Assembly (NCBI GenBank): GCA_964456235.1
Contig: CAYWDX010000001.1
Span: 125,935 to 189,934 of the forward strand
Direction of reading: 5' to 3'
Length of the DNA: 64,000 nucleotides
Source: an uncultured Candidatus Saccharibacteria bacterium
GTDB taxonomy: Bacteria; Patescibacteriota; Minisyncoccia; UBA6257; 2-01-FULL-56-20
Below, piece after piece: positions 33,713 through 41,996 of the stretch. The notes under the pieces are model-generated. The model worked only from the letters and a program-made list of their open reading frames with translations. It did not search any database and was not told the DNA's origin. A program made the translations under genes and the position numbers. Each line of letters starts with the position of its first letter. Positions within the stretch are counted from its first letter, which is position 1.

Positions 33713-34956
33713 TTATGCTGCGGCGTGATCAAATGCAATATCCCAAACTTTCCCGGCCACGTTCCGTGCGGGTCCATGATAGGGATAATGATGGAGATCA
33801 ATGAACGGCAGACTGTTGCATTCGATCACGCCGCAAACCTGTTCTTGCCACGGCTTCGCCATGTCTTCGATCATGAAGTCAACGCCGACGAGTGGGTCAT
33901 CGAGCACCTCGCCGATTTTTATGAACATCTTTTCGTTTTCGGGATGGATCATTGGAATTTCTGTTGTCGTCGCGCCGACGGCCCGGCTCACTTTTGGATG
34001 CAGTACCACCATCACTCCTTTTTTAGGGACGCTATTCAGCGAAAGATTTTGCTCCTTGAGCGTCGCGCGAACTTCATCGTCAACGACGATCATATGAAAA
34101 ATTGGCCCAGCGCGCAACGGATTTTTATTTTCATGCTCGATGAGCGTCTTGATGGCGTTGTTACCATCCCCCATCACATGCGGCGCCTCCCGCCGCATCA
34201 CGCCCACGATTTTCCCGCCGACCAGCGTGACGCGGAAGACAAAACCCGGGAGTTCCTGCTCCACGACGACGCGCGGGGAAATTTCTTTGGCTTTTTGAAA
34301 CGCCTTGGTGAGTTCGATCGCATTCGTAATGTGAAGATAGGTGTGGCGACTGCGCGACCCGAGCGTTGGCTTCACGATCGCGGCGGCTGGGGCGGCGGAT
34401 GGCGCAGCGGCCGGCCCCGGCGCGTTTTTAATTTTTATTTCATTAAAAATTTCTAAAGCCCCGGCGAGCGAGCGCTTCCGCCCTGCGGCACTGGGATCCC
34501 CGCCTTCTTAAATTTCGAAAGTATGATGCCCTTGTCATCCATCCAATTGAGCGCCGCTTCAGGGGCGTTCCGGGGACGCGGGAGACCGTCAAAGAAGCGC
34601 GTGTCGTCGCCGAGCGTCGCATAAAAAAGTTCGCGCGGGAGGCCGAAGGGGCGAAATTCCCGCATCAGAATCCCTCGGTGATTCGCTTCTTCCCGGAGCA
34701 CTCGCGCGCGCCAGGTATTTTCTTCATCGGGGTGCTCCATGATGCGGCCTAAGCCAAGGGCAGCCAGAATATTCAGGATTGACGGGGCCAGGCGGCCTGG
34801 TTCGAGCACGGCGATGAACGGGCGCACGGCTTGCCACAGGGCGTCGAGCGGCCGGCTGAAGTAATCAATAAAATAATCCAGCTCGATCGAAAGCCGCTCG
34901 GCGCGGTGCGAGACCGCGACCGGACCGCAATCAGCACATTCGATGCGCGCGTTCAT
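33713..34956 (-). pseudogene. Cyanophycin-synthetase-like / RimK-type ATP-grasp ligase split by a frameshift near 34470-34500
   Basis: The upstream fragment (34453-34956) ends ..DKGIILSKFKKAGIPVPQGGSARSPGL*. The adjacent frame continues ..SLAGALEIFNEIK..AAAIVKPTLGSRSRHTYLHI... into the downstream fragment (33713-34375). That fragment carries the rest of the fold (VVVEQELPGFVFRVTLVGGKIVGV..R, GVIECNSLPF). The shift lies in a CGCTCGCTCGCC repeat. Confidence 0.7.
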
Positions 34957-34978
34957 GTTAGTTTGCGCGCCGCATGAG

Positions 34979-35392
34979 CTACATCGGATTTTTCGGCTGG
35001 AGCATACTCGCGTGATTCCCTTCCGTGTCAATGAACCCCGCGTAGAGTCCCACGCCCGGGATATCGTCAGGCTTGCCGGCGACCTGCATGCCGCCGAGCA
35101 CCTTGCCGCCCGCCGCAGTCACCCGCTTCATCGCCTCCTCAATGTTATCCACCGCAATCGTCACGCGCGTCATCTGATCCGGCTTCGTCTTGTCATAAAA
35201 TCCGCCGTTGATCTGCCCAGGATTTTTCACCATGCGGTTTTCATCGGTCTCGGCCGTCGTCACGACAACATAGTTCCCCATTTCGGGACCCAGCTGCTGC
35301 GACTTCCATCCAAATGCGTCCTCGTAAAATTTCATCATGCGCGCCTTGTCCTCCGCCGGCATTTCAAAATGCACCACAGGATTTGTTTTCAT
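34979..35392 (-). CDS. VOC-family (glyoxalase/bleomycin-resistance fold) protein
   Basis: 137 aa. VVHFEMPAEDKARMMKFYEDAFGW... and C-terminal GLYAGFIDTEGNHASM are typical of the VOC beta-alpha-beta-beta-beta fold. Confidence 0.8.
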   Translation of the reverse strand: MKTNPVVHFEMPAEDKARMMKFYEDAFGWKSQQLGPEMGNYVVVTTAETDENRMVKNPGQINGGFYDKTKPDQMTRVTIAVDNIEEAMKRVTAAGGKVLGGMQVAGKPDDIPGVGLYAGFIDTEGNHASMLQPKNPM

Positions 35393-35512
35393 CGTAACGT
35401 TAATGATTTTTTAATAAGGTTTATTTGCGACGTTTTCTATTCTATCATAGGTGGGATAGGTTTTCACCCCGGATATAGATTTTCACCCTAAGCAACGCCC
35501 TATATTTCAAAC

Positions 35513-36799
35513 ATGAAGCATAAATTCTTATCGCTCACGCTCTTCATGATTACCATCCTCACGATGGCGACCAATACCTATGGGCCTCTTGCCGCGCAAA
35601 CGGCCTGGGCCCAGGCGACGCCTCCGCCGCCGGCCGGAATCAGCACGGCGGGCTCTCTTCAGGATCAGATTGATGCCAGCAATCAGCAGATTACGACGCT
35701 GAATCAGCAGATTGCGCAGTACCAGTCTGAACTCCAACAGATCGGGTCAGACAAGCGCACGCTCCAGGCGGCGATTAAATCGCTCGACCTCCAGCGCAGC
35801 ACGGTTGAGGCGCAGATCACGATCACCCAGCGCCAGATGGCGATCACACAATTGCAAGTGCAGCAACTTGGTGGCGAAATTACCGACACGCAACAGGCGA
35901 TCATGAACGACCAAAATTCTTTGGGCGCCTACATACGCGATCTTCAAAAAAATGAAAACATTCCCCTCTTGATCCAAGTGCTTTCCTCGAGCGACATCAC
36001 GCAGGCGTGGACGGATCTGAATGCAAACTTGCAGATGCAGGAATATGCGCAGAACGAAATGCAGGCGCTCCAGGTACAGGAGAAAAGTTTGGCGAACGCG
36101 AAGGCAAATTCGCAGGCGAAGCAACAGGTCCTTACGTCGCAACAAAAATCTCTCGCAACGCAACAGAAAACGCTCGCGCAAACCGTGCAGTCGAAGAATC
36201 AACTTCTCGCCGACACGAATGCGAAGGAATCAACGTACCAACAACTTCTTGCCGCGGCTGAGGCGGAGCTGAACAGTTTCTCTGCGTTCGTGCAGAATGC
36301 TGGTGGATCAAAATTACTTGCCAATCAAACGAATTGCGACGCCTGGGGCTGCTATTACAGTCAGCGCGATTCAGCATGGGGCGCGCAGGCGCTGAATGGC
36401 ACGCGCTACACGCTCGCGAGCGACGGCTGCTTGATCACCTCGATGGCGATGGTGCTCACGCACTACGGCCTGCGCGACGTGACGCCCGCGACCATCAACG
36501 GGAATCCGGCGAATTTCGCATCGTATTACCCGGCCTATCTTCTCTACACGATTGTGGTGGATGGCGTGACAGCGACGCGCAAGACGGCTTCACTCGATGC
36601 CACGCTCGCAACCGGAAATCCCGTCATCGTCGGCCTCCGGGCTTATGGCGGCACGCACTTTGTCGTACTCGTGAGCGGCGCCCGAGGCCACTATATTATG
36701 CGCGACCCCTACGTCGCCGGCGGCAAAGACATCAGCTTCACCGATCGCTACGCCGTCCGCAGCATCTTCAGTATTGCGAAAGTGGTGGTGGGGAGCTAG
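35513..36799 (+). CDS. Secreted coiled-coil protein with a C-terminal C39-like (papain-fold) peptidase domain; putative cell-wall hydrolase
   Basis: Signal/TM segment, then about 230 aa of Q-rich heptad sequence (EnvC-like). C-terminal CYYSQRDSAW...ASDGCLITSMAMVLTHYG...GTHFVVL matches the Peptidase_C39_2 pattern. Confidence 0.75.
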   Translation: MKHKFLSLTLFMITILTMATNTYGPLAAQTAWAQATPPPPAGISTAGSLQDQIDASNQQITTLNQQIAQYQSELQQIGSDKRTLQAAIKSLDLQRSTVEAQITITQRQMAITQLQVQQLGGEITDTQQAIMNDQNSLGAYIRDLQKNENIPLLIQVLSSSDITQAWTDLNANLQMQEYAQNEMQALQVQEKSLANAKANSQAKQQVLTSQQKSLATQQKTLAQTVQSKNQLLADTNAKESTYQQLLAAAEAELNSFSAFVQNAGGSKLLANQTNCDAWGCYYSQRDSAWGAQALNGTRYTLASDGCLITSMAMVLTHYGLRDVTPATINGNPANFASYYPAYLLYTIVVDGVTATRKTASLDATLATGNPVIVGLRAYGGTHFVVLVSGARGHYIMRDPYVAGGKDISFTDRYAVRSIFSIAKVVVGS

Positions 36800-36818
36800 G
36801 GCTGATAAAAATCTTTTG

Positions 36819-36905
36819 CGGAAGGGGCGAGATTCGAACTCGCGGTACCATTTCTGGCACACGATCTTTCCAGGATCGCCAGTTAAACCACTCCTGCACC
36901 CTTCC
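36819..36905 (-). tRNA. tRNA-Ser (anticodon GGA)
   Basis: Acceptor GGAAGGG/CCCTTCC, anticodon arm CGATC-CTGGAAA-GATCG, long variable arm, T arm GCGAG-TTCGAAT-CTCGC. No encoded CCA. Confidence 0.9.
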
Positions 36906-36949
36906 TTACTATTATTTTTTTCCTGCGAGTACTTTAGCACAAACGGTGC

Positions 36950-37864
36950 CTACTTTGAAAGCGCCTGGAGTGCGGCGATGCGTTCTTCGATCGGCGGGTG
37001 CGTCATAAAAAGCTTGTGCCACCAGGAGACGCCCTGGCCCTTGAACGGATTGTCGAGCCACATATGCGCGGTCGAATCTTTTGCAGAGCGCATGGGCGTT
37101 TGGTCGACGGCGATCTTTTGGAGGGCGGCGATGAGGCCTTCCGGATAGCGCGTGAGGAGGACGCCCGAGGCGTCCGCGAGCGCTTCGCGCCGGCGCGAAA
37201 TCGCGAGTTGGATCAGCATCGTGCCGATCGGCGCGAGGATCGACAGCACGATCGCCGCGATGAAGAAAATTTCTTGCGCTTCCCCGTTCTGCCCGCCACC
37301 GCGACGCCCGCCGCCTCCGAAGCCACCCCAGAATATGGAGCGGAGGAAGACGTCGGCAATCAACGAAATGATGCCTGCGAGGATGGCGGCGACGGTCGAA
37401 ACGAGGATGTCGCGATTTCCCACATGTGAAAGTTCGTGCGCAATCACGCCTTCAAGTTCGGTTTTATCGAGGCGCGCGAGCGCGCCCTGCGTTACGGCGA
37501 CGGCCGCGTGCTGCGGGCCACGCCCGGTGGCGAACGCGTTGATCTGCGCTTCGGGTGTCACGTAGATCGCAGGCATCGGAAGCCCCGCCGCGATCGTCAG
37601 GTTTTCAACAATATTATAGAGCGCGGGATTGTCGTGTTTTTCGATCGGCACCGCGCGAGCGAGCGAGAGCGCGATCGACGCCGAGGCGTAATAGCTGATC
37701 AGCGAATAAATAATGCTGAAAATGATCGCGAAGATGAGGAAGCTTGGATCGCCGTAGTAACCCGAAATCACCCAACCGATCGCGGCGAGTACGATAAAAA
37801 ACACGACAAACATGAGCCACGTCCGGCGCACATTCGACGCCTGGTACTGGTAAAGATTAGCCAT
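36950..37864 (-). CDS. htpX: M48-family zinc protease HtpX
   Basis: HELSHV zinc motif and 4 TM segments. The conserved lemA-htpX pair is present. Confidence 0.92.
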   Translation of the reverse strand: MANLYQYQASNVRRTWLMFVVFFIVLAAIGWVISGYYGDPSFLIFAIIFSIIYSLISYYASASIALSLARAVPIEKHDNPALYNIVENLTIAAGLPMPAIYVTPEAQINAFATGRGPQHAAVAVTQGALARLDKTELEGVIAHELSHVGNRDILVSTVAAILAGIISLIADVFLRSIFWGGFGGGGRRGGGQNGEAQEIFFIAAIVLSILAPIGTMLIQLAISRRREALADASGVLLTRYPEGLIAALQKIAVDQTPMRSAKDSTAHMWLDNPFKGQGVSWWHKLFMTHPPIEERIAALQALSK

Positions 37865-37867
37865 CTG

Positions 37868-38413
37868 CTAGAATTTCACCGAAACCGCCTGTTTCTCCGC
37901 GTCCGAAAGATTGCCGAAAAATTCCATCGCCGTGAATCCCATCATGCGCGCAAATAAATTCGTTGGGAAAATTTGGATCTTCGTGTTCAGATCGCGCACC
38001 ATGCCATTGTAGAAGCGGCGGGCGGCTTGGATTTTGTCTTCGGTGTCGGTCAATTCGTTCTGTAAATTCAAAAAGTTTTCGTTCGCCTTGAGCTGCGGAT
38101 AATTTTCCGCAACCGCAAAGAGTGATTTCAACGCGCCGCTCAAAGCATCTTCCGCGCCGGCCTTCGCCGCGCCCGTCGCCTGCATCGCCCGCGATCGCGC
38201 CTGCGTCACTTTTTCAAAAACGCCCGACTCGTGCGCCATGTACCCCTTCACCGATTCAACGAGGTTCGGAATGAGGTCGTAGCGGCGCTTCAACTGCACG
38301 TCGATGTCGGACCACGCCTCCTGCGCCCGGTTGCGCGTGCGAACGAGGCCGTTATATGCGGCGATGAGCCATACGACGATGATGACGACTGCTGCGACTA
38401 TCCACGTGATCAT
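37868..38413 (-). CDS. lemA: LemA family protein
   Basis: N-terminal TM and LemA core (YNGLV..RN....W.DIDVQLKRR.DLIPNLV...YPQLKA...F). Confidence 0.92.
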   Translation of the reverse strand: MITWIVAAVVIIVVWLIAAYNGLVRTRNRAQEAWSDIDVQLKRRYDLIPNLVESVKGYMAHESGVFEKVTQARSRAMQATGAAKAGAEDALSGALKSLFAVAENYPQLKANENFLNLQNELTDTEDKIQAARRFYNGMVRDLNTKIQIFPTNLFARMMGFTAMEFFGNLSDAEKQAVSVKF

Positions 38414-38435
38414 GTTTTTATTATACGCCTATGAG

Positions 38436-40061
38436 TTAGTAATCCTCCCCGCCCATCATGCCGCCGGGCATTCCTGCGGGGCCTGCGGTCTTTTTCTCGG
38501 GGATGTTCGTGACGGCGGCGCCAACCGTGAGATAGTTCGCGGCCACCGAAACGGCGTTCGTGAATGCGGCGCGCGTCACTTTCAAGGGGTCGATGATACC
38601 GGCCTCTTTGAGATCCCCAATTTCATTTTTGATTGCATTGAAGCCCGTCCAAGCCTTGCCGCCGCCGCGCTTTTGGATCTGCGAGATCACGCGATCAGGC
38701 GACTCGCCGCTGTTCGTGACGATCGCGCGGAGCGGTGCTTCAAGCGCGCGCATCAAAATGGTTGACGCGCCGCTCTTTGCCGTGACCGCCGGGAGCGCAT
38801 TCCACAATGCAATGCCGCCGCCGGGCACGATCCCTTCTTCCATGGCCGCGCGCGTTGCTGCAACCGCATCCTCAACCCGCTGCTTCAATTCTTTTTGCGC
38901 CGCTTCCGTGGGCGAGCCTACTTTAATCACCGCGACGCCGCCGGAAAGTTTGCCGAGGCGCTCCTGCAATTTCTCTTTATCAAAATCAGAATCAGTTTTT
39001 TTGATCTGCGCTTTGATTTGCGCCACGCGATCCTCGATCGCTTTCTTCTCGCCGCGCCCGCCGACGACCGTCGTCGCGTCTTTTGTCGAAACAACGCGAT
39101 GCGCGCGGCCCAGGTCGTCAACCGTCGCGGCCTCAAGTTTCTTGCCAGTCTCTTCTGAAATCAGTGTTGCGCCGGCCACGATTGCGATGTCCTGCAGCAT
39201 TTCTTTTTTGCGGTCGCCGAAGCCCGGCGCTTTTACCGCGAGCACATTAAATACGCCCCGCAGTTTGTTCACGATGAGCGTCGTAAGCGCCTCGCCTTCG
39301 ACATCGTCGGCAACAATCAAGAGTTCCTTTTTGCCGCTCTGCACCACTTTTTCGAGGAGCTGCAAAATGTCCTGGATCGAAGAAATTTTCTTGTCGGTCA
39401 CGAGAATGTACGGGTCCTCAAGCGCCGCCTCCATCCGCTCCTGGTTCGTCACCATGTATTGCGAAACGTAGCCGCGGTCAAACTGCATGCCTTCGACAAT
39501 TTCGAAGGAATTGCCGATCGTGTTCGAATCTTCAACCGTCACGACGCCCTCCTTGCCGATTTTTTCCATCACGGTCGCGATGAGGCCGCCGATTTCCGCA
39601 TCCTTCGCGGAAAGCGTCGCCACTTCTTTTATTTTTTTATTGTCATTGATAAGTTCGCGTTGGTCTTCGAGCGCTTTCGCAACCGCGTGGCTCGCCTGCT
39701 TGAGCTCTTCGGCGAGCTGGATCACATTAAAACCTTTCTCGCGGATTACCTTCTCTCCCTCATCGATCATCGCGTGCGCGAGGACGGTCGCCGTCGTCGT
39801 GCCATCGCCTACGCCGTCGTTTGTTTTATCAGCCGCCTGCTTGATAAATTCGGCGCCAACATTTTCCCACTTGTCTTCGAGCTCGATTTCCTTCGCCACC
39901 GTCACGCCGTCAAACGTAACCATGGGCGCGCCATAGCCCTTTTCGATCACCACCGCGCGGCCGCGGGGGCCGAGCGTCATAATGACGGCTGACGCCAATT
40001 TGTCGATGCCTTTCTTCATCGCTGCTCGCGCATCCTCGTTGAATTTAATTTGTTTTGCCAT
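38436..40061 (-). CDS. groL: Chaperonin GroEL
   Basis: MAKQIKFNEDAR..., DGTTTATVL, EEGIVPGGG, C-terminal GGM-type tail. Confidence 0.98.
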   Translation of the reverse strand: MAKQIKFNEDARAAMKKGIDKLASAVIMTLGPRGRAVVIEKGYGAPMVTFDGVTVAKEIELEDKWENVGAEFIKQAADKTNDGVGDGTTTATVLAHAMIDEGEKVIREKGFNVIQLAEELKQASHAVAKALEDQRELINDNKKIKEVATLSAKDAEIGGLIATVMEKIGKEGVVTVEDSNTIGNSFEIVEGMQFDRGYVSQYMVTNQERMEAALEDPYILVTDKKISSIQDILQLLEKVVQSGKKELLIVADDVEGEALTTLIVNKLRGVFNVLAVKAPGFGDRKKEMLQDIAIVAGATLISEETGKKLEAATVDDLGRAHRVVSTKDATTVVGGRGEKKAIEDRVAQIKAQIKKTDSDFDKEKLQERLGKLSGGVAVIKVGSPTEAAQKELKQRVEDAVAATRAAMEEGIVPGGGIALWNALPAVTAKSGASTILMRALEAPLRAIVTNSGESPDRVISQIQKRGGGKAWTGFNAIKNEIGDLKEAGIIDPLKVTRAAFTNAVSVAANYLTVGAAVTNIPEKKTAGPAGMPGGMMGGEDY

Positions 40062-40103
40062 ATGGTTTAATAATTTTTTAATTAAAAATTTATTAAAGGC
40101 CCT

Positions 40104-40394
40104 CTATTCGATAACGGCGAGGATGTCGTCCTCGTCGCCGACCAAATATTTTTTCCCTTCGATTTCAATTTCGTCCGGGCCATACTTTTTAAAAAGCACG
40201 ACATCGCCCACCTTTACGCCCATCGGCTGCATCTCGCCCTTGTCATTCCGCTTGCCCGGGCCCACGGCAAGCACTTTCCCCTTGATCGGCTTTTCACGCT
40301 CGGCGGTTTCGGGCAGCACGATGCCACCCTTTGTGACCTTTTCTTCCCCCAACGGCTCCAAAAAAATGTGATTGGTTAATGGTTTAAGGTTCAT
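40104..40394 (-). CDS. groS: Co-chaperonin GroES
   Basis: MNLKPLTNHIFLEP..., mobile loop region TKGGIVLPETA. Start moved from the track TTG (40400) to the ATG at 40394. Confidence 0.95.
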   Translation of the reverse strand: MNLKPLTNHIFLEPLGEEKVTKGGIVLPETAEREKPIKGKVLAVGPGKRNDKGEMQPMGVKVGDVVLFKKYGPDEIEIEGKKYLVGDEDDILAVIE

Positions 40395-40421
40395 CACCAA
40401 AAATTAAAGATTTATTAAGAT

Positions 40422-40448
40422 TTAGCACTCACGACCAATGAGTGCCAA
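40422..40448. promoter_or_regulatory. CIRCE operator (HrcA binding site) upstream of groES-groEL
   Basis: TTAGCACTC-N9-GAGTGCCAA versus the consensus TTAGCACTC-N9-GAGTGCTAA (1 mismatch). Lies 28 nt upstream of the groES ATG. Confidence 0.85.
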
Positions 40449-40512
40449 CCAGAATTGTAGCGGAGAGCGCCGCCGTGTCAAGCCGCGACTGCCATAGGAA
40501 ACCCGCTTGCGG

Positions 40513-41448
40513 CTACGCCATCTTCACCTCGTCGTAAATATTCAAAACTGCCTTCACCGCGTCGCCGGCCGAAATGTTATTTTGCCGATAGATGCCATCC
40601 GTCACATCCCCTATCGCCCAAATGCCCGGCGCGGACGTCCGCTGCGTGCGCGCATCAACTTTAATGTCGCCGCGGTCATCAAGATCGACAACGCCTTTCA
40701 CGAAATCAGAATTTGGGATAAGGCCGACCTCGACGAACACTCCTTCGACGGCGAGCTCCTTCGATTCATTCGTTTTCACATCGTGATAGCGCACGCCCGT
40801 CACCTGCGCGGAACCGAGCACTTCGTCCACGACGCCATTCCAAATGATTTCCACTTTCGGATTGTTGCGTACCTTGTCTTGTGAGACCGGATCGCCCTTC
40901 AAAACTTCCGAACGGATCATCAAATAAATCTTTTTTGCGTAGGGGTGCAAATCAAGCACGCTCTCAAGCGCCGAATTGCCGCCGCCAACCACGACAACGG
41001 TTTTGTTGTCGAAAAGCGGCGCGTCGCACGTGGAACAATAGACCACGCCCCGGCCCTCGTGTTCTTTTTCCCCCGGGACATTCAAACGCTTGCGGCTGCT
41101 GCCCGACGCGATCAAAACATATTTTGTTTCGTGCGTTTTCCCGTTGCGCGTCAAAACGCGGTAGCCGCCGGCCGCGCCAGCGGCGCCTGCCATTGTTTCG
41201 ACGCCCGTCACGAGGTCATCGTCAATAATTTCGATCCCACTTTGCGCGCGAATATGTTCCTCGAGCGCTTTTGCCAGATCATAGCCCGTGAGCGATTTGG
41301 TTCCGATCCAATTTTCGATGCCGCCCGAAATTGCCGACTGGCCGCCGAAGCTGTCGGTGATCAATAACGTTTTAATTTTTTTGCGGGCTGCGTAGACGCC
41401 GGCAGAAACCCCGCCTGGTCCCGCGCCCACAATGATCAGGTCATACAT
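40513..41448 (-). CDS. trxB: Thioredoxin-disulfide reductase
   Basis: GAGPGG FAD motif, redox-active CSTCDA, NADPH motif VVGGGNSA. Confidence 0.93.
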   Translation of the reverse strand: MYDLIIVGAGPGGVSAGVYAARKKIKTLLITDSFGGQSAISGGIENWIGTKSLTGYDLAKALEEHIRAQSGIEIIDDDLVTGVETMAGAAGAAGGYRVLTRNGKTHETKYVLIASGSSRKRLNVPGEKEHEGRGVVYCSTCDAPLFDNKTVVVVGGGNSALESVLDLHPYAKKIYLMIRSEVLKGDPVSQDKVRNNPKVEIIWNGVVDEVLGSAQVTGVRYHDVKTNESKELAVEGVFVEVGLIPNSDFVKGVVDLDDRGDIKVDARTQRTSAPGIWAIGDVTDGIYRQNNISAGDAVKAVLNIYDEVKMA

Positions 41449-41466
41449 GGCGCGCTAAAAACTTTT

Positions 41467-41706
41467 TTATTTTTGCGGAACGAGCAAATCCTCGAGCGTT
41501 TTTTTGTCAAAACCGACGAGTATTTGGCCATCAACATCAATCACCGGCACGCCCATCTGGTGAGATTTCGCGAACATCTCCTCGCGCGCCTTTAAATCCG
41601 ACGCGACGTTGTGTTCCGTGTACGCAATCCCATTTTTCGTGAAAAAATCTTTCGCCATCTTGCAGTAGACGCAGGTTGGGGTGCTGTAAATGGTTACGGT
41701 CGCCAT
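41467..41706 (-). CDS. Glutaredoxin-like (NrdH/YruB-type) small redox protein
   Basis: 79 aa. TIYSTPTCVYCKMAKDFF has a CxxC in a thioredoxin fold context. Adjacent to trxB. Confidence 0.85.
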   Translation of the reverse strand: MATVTIYSTPTCVYCKMAKDFFTKNGIAYTEHNVASDLKAREEMFAKSHQMGVPVIDVDGQILVGFDKKTLEDLLVPQK

Positions 41707-41765
41707 GGTTTTAATAAAGTTTTAATGAAAAATTTGTTAAAAAATATCGCACAAAGACTTTTCCA

Positions 41766-41939
41766 TTATAATCGGGGCTCTGATTTTTCCGCAAAGAGCT
41801 GCCAGGCACTTACGAGAATGAGAACGATGCCGCAGAGGGCCGAACTCCACTTCGCGAGGGAGATGTCGCTGAATTGAAGGAGCCACGGCGAGAGCAAGAG
41901 CCAGATCCCGATCGCGCCCTGTGTCCACGTTGCTGCCAC
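41766..41939 (-). CDS. SPW-repeat small membrane protein (57 aa, below the ORF-track cutoff)
   Basis: GTG-start ORF (V)AATWTQGAIGIWLLLSPWLLQFSDISLAKWSSALCGIVLILVSAWQLFAEKSEPRL*. Two TM helices with the SPW motif after the first. Confidence 0.55.
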   Translation of the reverse strand: MAATWTQGAIGIWLLLSPWLLQFSDISLAKWSSALCGIVLILVSAWQLFAEKSEPRL

Positions 41940-41996
41940 GCAACTATTTTACGCCGCCCCGCGCAGGCGAGTCAAATCAAAAACCTTGCCAGAAGC

